Origin: an uncultured Chloroflexia bacterium
GTDB taxonomy: Bacteria > Chloroflexota > Chloroflexia > QHBQ01 > JADMIH01
Length of the DNA: 64,000 nucleotides
Direction: 5' to 3'
Assembly (NCBI GenBank): GCA_963797095.1
Contig: CAWCNY010000006.1
Coordinates: forward strand, 608,001-672,000
The position numbers and the translations under genes were made by a program. The notes beneath the pieces were generated by a model. That model worked only from the letters and a program-made list of their open reading frames with translations, was not told the DNA's origin and searched no databases. Shown piece by piece: positions 28,030-38,577 of the stretch. Every line of letters begins with the position of its first letter. Position 1 is the stretch's first letter.

Positions 28030-29633
28030 GTGCCGGTGAACGCTCGGCGCTGCCTGTCCTCGGCAGATGGGCGCTGGTGGCGGCGCTCGCTTTCGCGTTC
28101 CTGACCGCCTGGATCAACAACCCCGGCGCTGATGGCTCATACGCGCTAGGCAGGGCCAATTCGCTCTTGCGAGATGGCTATTATTCACAGGCTGCTTCTC
28201 TCCTAGAAAACACCCTCAAGACTTACCAGGGGCCGCAGGTGCGCCTCTCCCTTTCATATGTCTACCTTGCCCGCCGTGACGCGGTGCGCGCCGAGCGGCA
28301 GGTGAGGATCGCCCTGCCCTCGGCCTCCCCCACTTTGCGACTTTTTCTGCTAGCTCAACTGGGGCGCGTATTACGCTTCGTCGGGCGTCCGGATGAGGCT
28401 CTTGCCGCTTGGCAGCAGGTCGAGAACGAGGCTTTGCCCTACCTGGACATGGCAGAGGTGCGTGCCGCCACGCGGTCCTCCCAGTGGAACATAGCTATGC
28501 TCCTGTGGGCGCGGGGTGATTGGGATGCCGCCAGAGCAGGGCTTGAATCGCTACTTGATGGTGATGATGTCTATTCGCTGTCCGCGCGTGTGAAACTGGC
28601 CCAGTTGCTGGCGTTTTCCGATAGCGACTCTTCTGCAAGGTTGGAAGACGAGGCGCGTAGCCATCTTCCCCTCGTAGGCGTAGGGGCCGCAATCCCTAAC
28701 CTGCGTGTGCCGGGCCTTGAAGAAGGTCTCGCGAACGGCGAAATAGAGAGCATCCTTGCCACGCTCGACAAGGCGCGAATCGAAGTTGCGGCGACGGCCC
28801 AAAGGGGTGTTGGCGATGCGGTTGTGCAGACGCTATGGGGTGGGGCATACCTGCAAATGGGCGAAAACCTCCTTGCCAAACTCTATCTGCAACAGGCAAT
28901 CTCCCTCCAACCCGATTATGCGCCAGCCCACGCACGCCTGGCACTGGCCCTATTTACATTAGGCGACGAACAAGCGGCTCTGGCTCAAGTGCAAACAGCA
29001 GTACAACTGGACGGCAACGATCCTCTCGCCAGGCACGTGCTGGCGCGTATCTACACGGCGACGGGCAATTGGGATCAGGCCGAGGAGCAACTTCAAGCCC
29101 TGAACCGGCTCCAGCCAGGCGGCCTGGAAACTCACCTTGAATGGGCCGAGTTTTACCGCTTGCAAGGTGAATATGATCAAGCCGAGAGCGAGTATATAGA
29201 GGCCGTAAACGCCCAGATCGTGGCAAGCGCTCTACCTGGCATAACGACCGATGGCGTAGAAGAGGACACCAACGCCGCCGTGATCCTTGCGCGCTTCTAC
29301 ACGGACGTGCGCGGTTTCGGCTGCGAGAAAGGGCTTCCCGCAGCCCGCGAAGCAGTATCCCTACGCCCCGATGACCCCGCCGGGCTGGATGCGATAGGTT
29401 GGGCGCTGGTGATCTGCGACCAGCCCCAGCAAGCCTTATCCTCCTTGAAGAACGCTATCGCTCGCTCGCCCAACGAGCCGCGCTACCACTTCCATCTTGC
29501 ACACGCCTACAGAGACCTCGGCATGTACGATGACGCCCGCGATCAATACAACAGAGTGATCGACCTCGACCCAGGCGGCTCCTGGGAGCACCTGGCGCTA
29601 ACCGAATTGGTCAACCTCTCGCAAGGGGAATGA
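28026..29633 (+). CDS. Exported or membrane-anchored TPR protein
   Basis: N-terminal hydrophobic segment followed by multiple TPRs. Confidence 0.8.
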   Translation: MSAGERSALPVLGRWALVAALAFAFLTAWINNPGADGSYALGRANSLLRDGYYSQAASLLENTLKTYQGPQVRLSLSYVYLARRDAVRAERQVRIALPSASPTLRLFLLAQLGRVLRFVGRPDEALAAWQQVENEALPYLDMAEVRAATRSSQWNIAMLLWARGDWDAARAGLESLLDGDDVYSLSARVKLAQLLAFSDSDSSARLEDEARSHLPLVGVGAAIPNLRVPGLEEGLANGEIESILATLDKARIEVAATAQRGVGDAVVQTLWGGAYLQMGENLLAKLYLQQAISLQPDYAPAHARLALALFTLGDEQAALAQVQTAVQLDGNDPLARHVLARIYTATGNWDQAEEQLQALNRLQPGGLETHLEWAEFYRLQGEYDQAESEYIEAVNAQIVASALPGITTDGVEEDTNAAVILARFYTDVRGFGCEKGLPAAREAVSLRPDDPAGLDAIGWALVICDQPQQALSSLKNAIARSPNEPRYHFHLAHAYRDLGMYDDARDQYNRVIDLDPGGSWEHLALTELVNLSQGE

Positions 29634-29714
29634 AACGTGAGGACGATGGACTATCATAACGAGTGACGAGTGACAGAGTAAGTAGTGCGCAATAGTCACC
29701 TATCACGTCACGCA

Positions 29715-30464
29715 CTATCTCCCTTCCAGGTAAGCATCCACGCCCAACAAGTATGCTGCATTCACCAGCATGGTATCTCGATCATCTTCATTATCCAAAT
29801 TATATATATAGATGTTGGGAATGTTCGTGGAATCGAGGGTAGGTGAGGCGACTAAAGTGTAGCCATCAGGCAGAACCCTCATAAACGGCAGCCATTCGCG
29901 TGGGAGCTCTTTCGTGCTGAAAGGCTCATGCCCTTCGTCGAGCGCTTCCGCCGTGTTCCACGAGAGGGTGGCAGCCCATAACCTGTAATACCGTGTGCTC
30001 TCCGTGATATGCGAACTGAGGGCCAGCGCAAAGCGATTGTTCGGCGTGACAGTGATCCAGGTGCTCTTTACCTTGGTGTACTGGCCTGGGATCTGCAATT
30101 CGTTCCTGTCGGTGCGGGCCAGTGTGTTCCTCCCCTGCCACAACTCCAGGCCCGGAACATAATCGTCCATCAGGTAATTGAACCCTATCACATACACATC
30201 GTCCTTGCCCCGGCCCGTAGTTACAGCGAACAGGCCGGTCTTAAGTCTGCTCGATTCCCCGGTCGCGATGTCATACACGAAAACCTCATAGTCGTGCCTG
30301 AACCTCCTGTTGTCTGTGAAGATAAGGATGTGATTGCCGTCCCGTGTAAACTCTCCAAGCAGGTCAGTTTCAAAGCCGTCAGGCGTCGGATTAGGCAGTG
30401 TGGCAATATTCTGCGAGCGCGGTTCGTTTTACGTCCCTTCGGTTGTGATCTCTTCAACATCCAT
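29715..30464 (-). pseudogene. Hypothetical gene with an early in-frame TAA (or a 187-aa ORF from 30278)
   Basis: ATG at 30464 overlaps the mqnA stop; reads MDVEEITTEGT*NEPRSQ... and continues in frame into the 187-aa ORF. Confidence 0.5.
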
Positions 30465-31291
30465 CAAATTGCTTTCGCCCGCCCCGCCATATCGAGAAAC
30501 AAAGCAAGTCCCTTCTGCTCGCCGTTGCCGAGGTTGTAAGTCTGCCGGGCGAATAACTCCTTCACGCGCTCCGGTTTCAGGTTCACGCAGGCCGTCGCCG
30601 CATCCACCACCGAGCTAGCCTGTTCCGCAGCCGCTCGTTGTGATAGCCTGATGGCGGCTTGCATCGCCGCACCAGCGCCCGGCTTGTGCTCCTCCAGGTC
30701 TCGTCTGCAGCACAGCACCTCCCATACCATCGGCAAACCCGTGAGTATCCACCACGCCAGCCCCAGGTCCTCCGCCACTCCTCCCTTCGCTTTGGTCTGT
30801 TCCCCCGCCTTCACAGCCTCATCACCGAACATGAGGCGCGCCGTTGCCTTCTCATATCCTTCGTCTTCTTGTGTGCACGTCTTCAGCGTAATCCCATAGT
30901 AAGGTGCCAGCAATGTCCGCAGCAAGTGGTCGGCTGTGGTGCCTTCTTCATCTGGCGCAATAGCCACATTCTCCCCCTCGATAAGATCGATGCGCTTTGG
31001 CGCGAGCAGCAGCGCCGTCTCGCACGCGCCCGCGCAGGCCAGCCCCCACCCTCCAAGCGGCGCGAGCTTGCTTCCCCATTTCTGTGCGGCAGCCGGTGGC
31101 ACGAACGCCGCATCGATCTCGCCCGACAGCACCTTTTCGGTAAAGGTCCTGTGCTCGTGGCTAGCCAATTGCAGACGCCACGGCGATTCAGGCCCGACCC
31201 ACCCCGCCTCAAGCGGATAAAGCAAAGGCGCGAAGTTGACCCTGCGATAGTATCCCATGCGCAATTCATGAAGGTCATTGGACGAGGCCAC
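30464..31291 (-). CDS. mqnA: Chorismate dehydratase MqnA-like (futalosine menaquinone pathway)
   Basis: VNFAPLLY, LMFGDEA, DLGLAWWILTGLPMVW; AGGAG RBS before GTG. Confidence 0.7.
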   Translation of the reverse strand: MASSNDLHELRMGYYRRVNFAPLLYPLEAGWVGPESPWRLQLASHEHRTFTEKVLSGEIDAAFVPPAAAQKWGSKLAPLGGWGLACAGACETALLLAPKRIDLIEGENVAIAPDEEGTTADHLLRTLLAPYYGITLKTCTQEDEGYEKATARLMFGDEAVKAGEQTKAKGGVAEDLGLAWWILTGLPMVWEVLCCRRDLEEHKPGAGAAMQAAIRLSQRAAAEQASSVVDAATACVNLKPERVKELFARQTYNLGNGEQKGLALFLDMAGRAKAI

Positions 31292-31395
31292 AGCAAACTC
31301 CTTTTGACGGTAAGTTGTCTCTCGATCTTGCCACAGCGCCGTGCCCTGCGCAAGCCACTTTACCAACTTGGATACTGGTGCTCACAGCGGTGCCC

Positions 31396-32343
31396 CTACT
31401 CGTTCAGCACTGGTAACACCTGTTCGACCAGCAGTTCCAGCGTCGTCAGGTCAGGGAACCCGCCACAATCCAGCATGAAATAATCCACACCCACCTCCAC
31501 AAAAGCGCGCATCTGCTCTATCACCTGCTCCGGTGTGCCTACAAATCCAAAATCATCCTCGTCATTCTGAGGGCTAAAAAGATCACGCGCAAACATTTCG
31601 GCTTGCTCCTCCGTGTATGCACAAGCGCACCCGCCTACCCACGTCCTCCTCACCGTAGTTGGATCGCGCCCTACTTCAGTGCAAGCCCTTTCAAGCTCCT
31701 CGACCAACCGTCCATAACGATTCGGCCCCACCGACGATACGTTCCACCAGTCAGCGTATCTGGCCGTCAAGCGCAGCATCTTCGGCCCGAATGCACCGAT
31801 CATTATTGGCGGAACAGGGTTGGGGCGCGGCTCGCAGCTCGCGCCCTTAACCCTGTAATGCATTCCCTCGAAGGTCGTCTCTTCTCGTTCCCACATCGCC
31901 TTGATGATCTGCAAAGTCTCATCTAACTGCTCCACCCGCATCCGGTCGGGCGGGAACTCGTAGCCGCATGCCCTGTACTCGTCTTTGTTCCAGCCCGCCC
32001 CCAGGCCCAATATGAACCGTCCATTGCTCAAGAATTGCAAAGTGGCTCCCATTTTCGCCAGCAGGGCGGGGTTTCGGAACGATTGGCACAGTACTGTATG
32101 CCCGAACCTCAATCTCGGGTGCAATGCCGCCACATAGGCAAGCGCCGTGAACCCCTCCAGCAGATCCCTGTCACCAAACTGTAAATGATCCACAAACCAA
32201 GCCGAGTCGAAATGCCCCTCGATCAACTCCAACCCCCTGTTCAAATCTTGCAGGAATGTGGCTCGCCCTGCTCGATTATGCGCGCTGCTCGGCATTTCAG
32301 TTGGCATACAGAAACCAAATTGGACGTTCGGCATGCTGCTCAA
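31396..32343 (-). CDS. LLM-class flavin (possibly F420)-dependent oxidoreductase
   Basis: WFVDH, FRNPALLAKM, GRFILGLGAGW, ADWWN. Confidence 0.9.
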   Translation of the reverse strand: MSSMPNVQFGFCMPTEMPSSAHNRAGRATFLQDLNRGLELIEGHFDSAWFVDHLQFGDRDLLEGFTALAYVAALHPRLRFGHTVLCQSFRNPALLAKMGATLQFLSNGRFILGLGAGWNKDEYRACGYEFPPDRMRVEQLDETLQIIKAMWEREETTFEGMHYRVKGASCEPRPNPVPPIMIGAFGPKMLRLTARYADWWNVSSVGPNRYGRLVEELERACTEVGRDPTTVRRTWVGGCACAYTEEQAEMFARDLFSPQNDEDDFGFVGTPEQVIEQMRAFVEVGVDYFMLDCGGFPDLTTLELLVEQVLPVLNE

Positions 32344-32453
32344 TCCCCGTGTTACTAATTGTACCCTATGGCATAGCTCTGCCCGATTGTGGATTTAGGT
32401 GGCGCGGAACTTCGGTACGTGCTAGATTAGAAGTGTAGAAGCCGGAGCGCGCC

Positions 32454-33512
32454 ATGAAACAGTGCCCTAACCCGAACTGTATATATTACACCCGCCTGGA
32501 AGAACTGCCGGACGCCTATGTGCGCTGCCCCTCCTGCGGTGGGCAACTGGTCAATTCGTCAACTACTTCGGGCGTGCTGAGGTCGGGCCACCTCCCGAGG
32601 ATCAGCGCTCTTCCTGGGCGCGATCTGGACGATGAATTCCAGCAGGCGTTTCCTGAAGAGGCATTGCAGCCGGCCCCGCAGGTCGTGGGCGTGCCCACAG
32701 GTGCGGTGCAGCACGAGGAGGGTGAATACTATCCCTACGACGAGTCCTCAGAATATGAGGTAGTGCCAGGACCTCCCCCCCTGTCTCGCTTCGCCAGGTT
32801 CGGCTATATCGCGGGCGGGCTGCTCCTCATCATAGCGTGTGGGCTGTTCGTATTCGTGATCGGGTCGCGCATCTTCCAGCAAGCTGGTGTGGTTCCATCA
32901 CCACAGGCAACCCAGACCGCCCTCGCGTCTATCCGCCCCGCAATCAATACCCCTATATCCGAACTCCCCACCGCCAACGTCCTGCCCACAAGCGCCCCAC
33001 CTACGAGCGTGCCCCCGACCAACGCCCCTCCTCCCCCACCCTCTACCGACACTCCCTCCGTGCCGGTATCCGAGCCGCCCACCTCCGCACCTGTGCCCAT
33101 CGATACTCCGCCACCCTCTCCGCCCGCCCCCACAGCGCAGGTCAATGCTACCGCCCCGCCCGCGCAGAGTGAGCCATCCGCCGGTGTGCTTGATGCCTTC
33201 ATGACCTCCAGTGTCCAGGGAGGCCAATCCCTCGATATCGTTACCACCTATGGGGCATCAGATACATTCGTCCTGGCGGTGCAGGCGCAATTCGGCCCCG
33301 ACGGCGTTACCTCGGTGCTAACCCGCTGGTATGGTCCCGATGGCGGCCTCCTCTACGAATTCCCCCGCTCATACTCTCAATCAGGCACCTACTACTCAAC
33401 CTTCAATCTCCGCAAAAGCACCCCCTGGCTCGAAGGCAGCTATCGAGTAGACATCTACACCAACGACGGCACCGTCCCGGCCTACACAGTGAACTTCGCT
33501 GTAAGCCCCTGA
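32454..33512 (+). CDS. Zn-ribbon, TM, Pro/Thr-rich linker and beta-rich C-terminal domain protein
   Basis: CPNPNC..CPSC, single TM, PT-rich tract, WYGPDG..G.YRVDIY. Confidence 0.7.
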   Translation: MKQCPNPNCIYYTRLEELPDAYVRCPSCGGQLVNSSTTSGVLRSGHLPRISALPGRDLDDEFQQAFPEEALQPAPQVVGVPTGAVQHEEGEYYPYDESSEYEVVPGPPPLSRFARFGYIAGGLLLIIACGLFVFVIGSRIFQQAGVVPSPQATQTALASIRPAINTPISELPTANVLPTSAPPTSVPPTNAPPPPPSTDTPSVPVSEPPTSAPVPIDTPPPSPPAPTAQVNATAPPAQSEPSAGVLDAFMTSSVQGGQSLDIVTTYGASDTFVLAVQAQFGPDGVTSVLTRWYGPDGGLLYEFPRSYSQSGTYYSTFNLRKSTPWLEGSYRVDIYTNDGTVPAYTVNFAVSP

Positions 33513-33532
33513 TCGATGGTATGTAACTGTAC

Positions 33533-33577
33533 CTAAAAAGCCAAAATGGAGGCTCAGCTGCCATTTTGGCTTTTTAG
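33533..33577. terminator. Bidirectional terminator
   Basis: CTAAAAAGCCAAAATGG...CCATTTTGGCTTTTTAG between convergent genes. Confidence 0.8.
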
Positions 33578-33616
33578 ATAATCCTCCCCATTGGCGAGGG
33601 ACTCAGCAAAACATCA

Positions 33617-35017
33617 TTAGCCCGCCACGCTAGGCAATCCTGCCAGCGCCGCCTCGATCTCCTCCGCAGGGTGCTCATAATCTTCCAGGTCACCGCTAAG
33701 GTAGTGGTCGTAGGCCGACAGGTCAAAATGCCCATGCCCGCTCAGGTTGAACAGGATCGTCTTGGCCTCTCCTGCCTCTTTACACCTTAACGCCTCGTCA
33801 ATAGCAGCGCGTACGGCGTGCGCCGATTCGGGCGCGGGCACGATCCCCTCGCTTCGGGTGAACGTCACCGCCGCCTCGAACACCGGGTTCTGCTTGTAAG
33901 CCACAGCTTCGATCTGACCCAGCTCAAGCAGGTGGCTGATGATTGGCGCTGCCCCATGGTAGCGCAGCCCTCCCGCGTGGATAGGCTTGGGAATAAAACC
34001 GTGCCCCAGCGTGTGCATCTTCACCAGCGGAGTCATCATAGCCGTATCGCCGAAGTCGTAAGTGTACGTTCCTCTCGTCAAAGACGGCGAAGCGGACGGC
34101 TCGGCGGCCAGTATTCGCAAGTTCGACTTGCCCGTCAGCTTATCGCCCACGAATGGCAGCGACATGCCGCCGAAGTTGCTCCCACCACCAACGCAGCCGA
34201 TCACCACGTCGGGGTAATACCCTGCCATCTCCATCTGCATCTTGGCTTCCTGCCCGATCACCGTCTGGTGCATCAGAACGTGGTTCAGCACGCTCCCAAG
34301 CGAGTACTTGGTGTCGTCGCGCATGGCGGCATCTTCCACCGCCTCCGAGATCGCAATACCCAGGCTTCCTGTCAACTCGGGGTCCTGCTGCAAGATCGAG
34401 CGCCCAGCATTGGTCTCGTTGCTTGGGCTTGGGATCACTCTCGCCCCGAACAACTCCATCAAGATGCGGCGGTACGGCTTCTGGAAGTACGATACCTTTA
34501 CCATATATACCTGGCACTCAAGCCCAAACATGTGCGTTGCCATCGCCAGCGCGCTTCCCCACTGACCCGCGCCCGTTTCGGTGCTCAGCCTCTTCACCCC
34601 CTCTGCCATGCTATAGAACGCCTGGGGCAGCGCCGTGTTGGCCTTGTGGCTCCCCACAGGGCTGACCCCCTCGTACTTGTAGAAGATGCGGGCCGGCGTA
34701 TCCAGCGCCTTCTCAAGCCTGTGTGCTCTGTACATCGGCGTCGGGCGATACAAACGATACACCTCCAACACCTCGCCCGGCACGTCTATATACCTCTCTT
34801 GAGACACCTCCTGCTTGATGATCTCCATCGGGAAGAGTGGTGCAAGGTCGGCTGGCCCGATTGGCTGCCCCGTGCCGGGGTGCAACACCGGCGGCAGCGG
34901 TTTAGGCAGGTCGGCCTGGATGTTGTACCACTGCCTGGGGATCTTCTCTTCATCGAGGATGTACTTGGTGCGCTCGCCTGGCAAATCGCCCACTTTACCG
35001 AGATTAGTTGCGTCCAT
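33617..35017 (-). CDS. trpB2: TrpB2 (stand-alone tryptophan synthase beta-like)
   Basis: [39 protein letters not shown]. Confidence 0.92.
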   Translation of the reverse strand: MDATNLGKVGDLPGERTKYILDEEKIPRQWYNIQADLPKPLPPVLHPGTGQPIGPADLAPLFPMEIIKQEVSQERYIDVPGEVLEVYRLYRPTPMYRAHRLEKALDTPARIFYKYEGVSPVGSHKANTALPQAFYSMAEGVKRLSTETGAGQWGSALAMATHMFGLECQVYMVKVSYFQKPYRRILMELFGARVIPSPSNETNAGRSILQQDPELTGSLGIAISEAVEDAAMRDDTKYSLGSVLNHVLMHQTVIGQEAKMQMEMAGYYPDVVIGCVGGGSNFGGMSLPFVGDKLTGKSNLRILAAEPSASPSLTRGTYTYDFGDTAMMTPLVKMHTLGHGFIPKPIHAGGLRYHGAAPIISHLLELGQIEAVAYKQNPVFEAAVTFTRSEGIVPAPESAHAVRAAIDEALRCKEAGEAKTILFNLSGHGHFDLSAYDHYLSGDLEDYEHPAEEIEAALAGLPSVAG

Positions 35018-35834
35018 CTTGCTTCTCCTTTTTAGAAAGTTTCCCAAACCGCTCCAACGAAACGCGTTCAAGATCAATCATATAATTCAACCCGTGCGTG
35101 GCTGCCAGCGCGGGCGCGATCTCCTGATAGAACCCGATCAGAATGCCTGCGGCCCCAAGCATCTCTTCCCGGTCGAGCCTGCAACACGTTGCCTCCAGAG
35201 GTCGAGTCTCCTCTCTCGGCACCACCGTCTCCACCTTTGAATAGGCCGAGTGCTCAGAAGTGAAATCGTGCTTTAGACGAGCCAGTTTCAGGCACTTCAT
35301 CCGCATCTCGTCCAGCGAGCCATACGCCGTCCATAGCTGCCCGCGTCTCATCCCCGCGATGAAATGCATCAGGTTATCCCAAAAACCATACAGCAGCGCG
35401 TACAGCGTGCGCTTCTGCGCCTCTTCACCCGGGTTGTAAAGCGGGAAGGTTCTGCCCGCCAGCAATCCCTTCTTATCAACTAGCGTCTCAAACGCCCCGC
35501 CATGTATATGCTCGAAGTGGCTCTCCCGTGCCAGGCTGAACTCGCCTTCCACGCCGTCGGCGTACGTGAACAGCACCATATCGAACCCGAACAGGTTGAA
35601 ATCTTCGAGAAAGACAGGGTGCCCCAGTTGCTGCATAAAGGTCCGGCGCTCCGCAAAGAAATCGTCATACCCATAGTCCGAAACGATCGCATAAATATCA
35701 AGGTCGGACCACTCATCGGCCATGCCAGCAGCAAAAGAGCCGCCCAGGAAGGCCGCCGCCACATGTGCGTTAGCTTCACAAGCTGCCACAAAACGCTGAA
35801 GCAGCGCCTGCTGCTCTTCGGAACCGGTTTTCAT
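35004..35834 (-). CDS. Pol-beta-type nucleotidyltransferase (Lnu/ANT-like)
   Basis: [16 protein letters not shown] motif plus helical C-domain. Confidence 0.75.
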   Translation of the reverse strand: MKTGSEEQQALLQRFVAACEANAHVAAAFLGGSFAAGMADEWSDLDIYAIVSDYGYDDFFAERRTFMQQLGHPVFLEDFNLFGFDMVLFTYADGVEGEFSLARESHFEHIHGGAFETLVDKKGLLAGRTFPLYNPGEEAQKRTLYALLYGFWDNLMHFIAGMRRGQLWTAYGSLDEMRMKCLKLARLKHDFTSEHSAYSKVETVVPREETRPLEATCCRLDREEMLGAAGILIGFYQEIAPALAATHGLNYMIDLERVSLERFGKLSKKEKQDGRN

Positions 35835-35878
35835 ACTGTTCTGCCGTTGCCTGTCGTCGTAAACCGCTGATTTTATTC

Positions 35879-37020
35879 ACTCACCTTACGCAGCCAGGCG
35901 AACAGGTTGAAGTTGGCGGAAGGTATCAAAGGCAACCTGCATGGCACGCAAGTAGATAGTGCTCTTTAGAGCAAAGTGGTTGAGATGATTGGACAGCTTC
36001 AACAATTCGAGCTTGACGTACCCACACAAAGAGGCAAACAAATGGTTGGTCTGGGTGCACACTGTGTGAGTTGGCGAGCGTTCCAAAGAAGCATTCTGCT
36101 TCAGCGACTTGTGATACTCTTCCACGTTCCACCGTCTCTGGTAGATTGTGGTGATTTGGTCGAAGGTGCATGTCACATCCGAGCACACCAGATACTGGGT
36201 GATTTGACCACCATCTTCGTTTGCGAAGAGTTGCTTGACCAATATCAAGGGGAAGTCTATCCCTTCAAGATAGACCGTCCGCACCTCACCCGTCTCCAGC
36301 GGCACACTGTCCACACGCATGTACCAACCCTGTCGTTTGTCTCCCTCGGTAAAGGCCACCTTGCGGTTGGTCTTGAGAGGCATGATGAAATCCCCCTCCA
36401 ATTCGACTTTGACGAAGCGCATATTGTCCGCCGAGGCATACCACACGTCATTGAGCACGAAGTTGAGCACGAAGCGGAACAACACTTGGTTGTGCTTGGC
36501 TTGCCGCAACAACGCCTGATAGTGCTCGTTCTTACTGACCGGATCACGCCGCTTGGTTTTGCCGTCTTTAGGGTCCACATACTGCTCGGTCTTTCTTACC
36601 AACCGAAAACCCACGGGCAGCGACACCTCCAACTCAGGCACATGGTACAAGGCCGAGAGGAAGTTTATCCCCTTGACCGTTGTGCCTTTGGAGTGGTCAT
36701 AGTGCCAGGCGATGATGTCGTTCTCATCTGTGTACGGCTTCTCCGAGATGGAGTCGTCCACGATGATGCACCCATCTTCCTGCTCAACGGCTCGCACATG
36801 AGGCTTGACAAAATGCCACAGGTCAGCAGAGGTGAACTCTCCCTTGGAGAGGAAGCGTTGAATGGGGTCATGGCTCACGCTTCCACTCAGCAATGCGCTC
36901 AAGCCCGTGCCGGTGGTCAGACCGAAAGAGCTTATCAGGTAGTCAGTGTACAGATCAAGCAGTTCTTTGTTCGTCATCCCTTTAGTCTACCATTCAACAC
37001 TTCGGCTGCGTAAGGTGAGT
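35879..37020 (-). mobile_element. IS701-family insertion sequence
   Basis: Perfect 17-bp terminal IRs ACTCACCTTACGCAGCC; direct repeat TATTC (or TTATTCA with 16-bp IRs). Confidence 0.9.
35886..36977 (-). CDS. IS701-family DDE transposase
   Basis: IVDDS..EKPYT, DVWY, YQRRWNVEEYHKSLKQ; carries a 12-bp in-frame duplication at 36451-36474. Confidence 0.9.
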   Translation of the reverse strand: MTNKELLDLYTDYLISSFGLTTGTGLSALLSGSVSHDPIQRFLSKGEFTSADLWHFVKPHVRAVEQEDGCIIVDDSISEKPYTDENDIIAWHYDHSKGTTVKGINFLSALYHVPELEVSLPVGFRLVRKTEQYVDPKDGKTKRRDPVSKNEHYQALLRQAKHNQVLFRFVLNFVLNDVWYASADNMRFVKVELEGDFIMPLKTNRKVAFTEGDKRQGWYMRVDSVPLETGEVRTVYLEGIDFPLILVKQLFANEDGGQITQYLVCSDVTCTFDQITTIYQRRWNVEEYHKSLKQNASLERSPTHTVCTQTNHLFASLCGYVKLELLKLSNHLNHFALKSTIYLRAMQVAFDTFRQLQPVRLAA

Positions 37021-37098
37021 TATTCAATTGTTGGGCCAGTATACGAGCCGCATATCAGGCGTGTCAAGACATTTCCAGTAGCCAATACTCATCATTTC

Positions 37099-38055
37099 TT
37101 AGCCATCAAGTGCCCGGCGCAAATGCTCTATCGAGGTATTGCCACCGCTGCACACAATGCCAACTCTCTTACCCTGTAGATCGTCCCGAAGCCGGTAAGC
37201 GGCAGCCAGCCCGGATGCCCCGGCTCCTTCTGCCAGCGTATGCGCCCGTTCAACCATCCACTTCATGGCTTGCAGGATCTCCCCATCGCTGACCAGCAGG
37301 AATTCTTCCAATCTCTTGCGCAAAATAGCCTGTGGTAAAGCGAAGGCGGTGCCCGTCGCCAACCCCTCGGCGAACGTCCGGTTGGGAGCCTCCACTATCT
37401 TACCCGTTCGCCACAACTCATAAGCCGCGGGCGACAATTCGGATTGCACGGCAATGACGCGAATGGCCGGGTTGACCGCGTTTGCAACGATGCAAGCTCC
37501 GGCGACCCCGCTGCCCCCACCCAGGGGCACGATGATCACCTCCAGATCGGGCCTGTCCTCCAGCATTTCAAGGCATCCTGTGCCAACGCCTGCGATCAGC
37601 AGTGGCTCGTCTCCTGAGTGGATGTAGCGCCAGCCGTTCTCTCGCGCCAGCGCCTCACAATGCAACCGTGCCTCGTCGAAGTTGGACCCGTGGAAGATAA
37701 TCTTCGCGCCCATGCCCTCCATCGCAGCCACCTTGCCGGGGTTTGCGCCCTCCGGCACAACGACCCTGGCTTCCACTCCGAACAACCGGGATGCGAATGC
37801 AATCGACTGCCCATGATTCCCGGTCGAAGCGGTGATAACACCGCGCTCTTTTTCATCGTCGCTCAACTGCGAGATCAGGTTCACCCCGCCGCGTATCTTG
37901 AATGCACCGACGGGCTGGTAGTTCTCGTGCTTAATATATACCTCGGTCCCGATCAATTCGTTTATAGCCGGGTAGTTGTGCATCGGTGTGCGGCTCAGGT
38001 AAGGCCGGATCTGCTTCTGAGCCAGCAGCACATCTTGAAAAGTAGGAACGTACAT
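37099..38055 (-). CDS. PLP-dependent threonine/serine dehydratase
   Basis: KHENYQPVGAFKIRG, STGNHGQ, PLGGG, SGGN. Confidence 0.9.
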   Translation of the reverse strand: MYVPTFQDVLLAQKQIRPYLSRTPMHNYPAINELIGTEVYIKHENYQPVGAFKIRGGVNLISQLSDDEKERGVITASTGNHGQSIAFASRLFGVEARVVVPEGANPGKVAAMEGMGAKIIFHGSNFDEARLHCEALARENGWRYIHSGDEPLLIAGVGTGCLEMLEDRPDLEVIIVPLGGGSGVAGACIVANAVNPAIRVIAVQSELSPAAYELWRTGKIVEAPNRTFAEGLATGTAFALPQAILRKRLEEFLLVSDGEILQAMKWMVERAHTLAEGAGASGLAAAYRLRDDLQGKRVGIVCSGGNTSIEHLRRALDG

Positions 38056-38115
38056 CGAAACATCTCCCCAATTATTCAGTTGGGTTGCCTCTCGTTAGGC
38101 AATCTGTGAATAACA

Positions 38116-38532
38116 TCATCCGTTTGTGTGAACGGTCTTCGTCATGCCGGATCGTTTCGAGTCCGGTTCGCCGCTCTCTATGCCCCAACTCCAATGGACC
38201 TCCGGAGTGATTACCATATAGAAAGAGCCAGAATAACTCCCAGGCTCAGGGGTGCGCTCCTCGATCTCGGCTGTGCCGTGCACCTTCACGCCCCTCACAA
38301 GCCATGGCGACACGCTCTCCAAGTCATCGATCACCAAAGCTACTCGTGCGTTGCCCGCCGTTACGTTCTTGTATTTAAGTGTTTTTCGTATATCTCGGCC
38401 GCCCACGATGAAATTCTCGCCATCGAACCTGAACCCGACAACAGCCACATCCGGCTGTCCATCGGGTGAGACGGTGGCGATTCGTGCCAGGCGCTGCGAC
38501 CGCATATATTTGGCTTCTTGTTCTGTAAACAT
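38116..38532 (-). CDS. PPOX-class (probably F420-dependent) oxidoreductase
   Basis: QRLARIATVSPDGQPDV, KYKNV, VALVIDD..S..PW..RGV. Confidence 0.85.
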   Translation of the reverse strand: MFTEQEAKYMRSQRLARIATVSPDGQPDVAVVGFRFDGENFIVGGRDIRKTLKYKNVTAGNARVALVIDDLESVSPWLVRGVKVHGTAEIEERTPEPGSYSGSFYMVITPEVHWSWGIESGEPDSKRSGMTKTVHTNG

Positions 38533-38577
38533 TGTATGTACCTCTTTTCATTGAGCTCAGGCTTGCGGGGATCTGGT

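Noticed and set aside
30429-30442. 14-bp match TTACGTCCCTTCGG to the REP arm at 18982, at the premature stop
   Set aside because: Several 14-mer matches are expected by chance in 64 kb, and the rest of the element is absent
33818-35035. Long antisense ORFs (also 4595-5521, 35976-37013, 46232-47266, 52004-52936)
   Set aside because: Shadow frames of real GC-rich genes; no recognisable motifs
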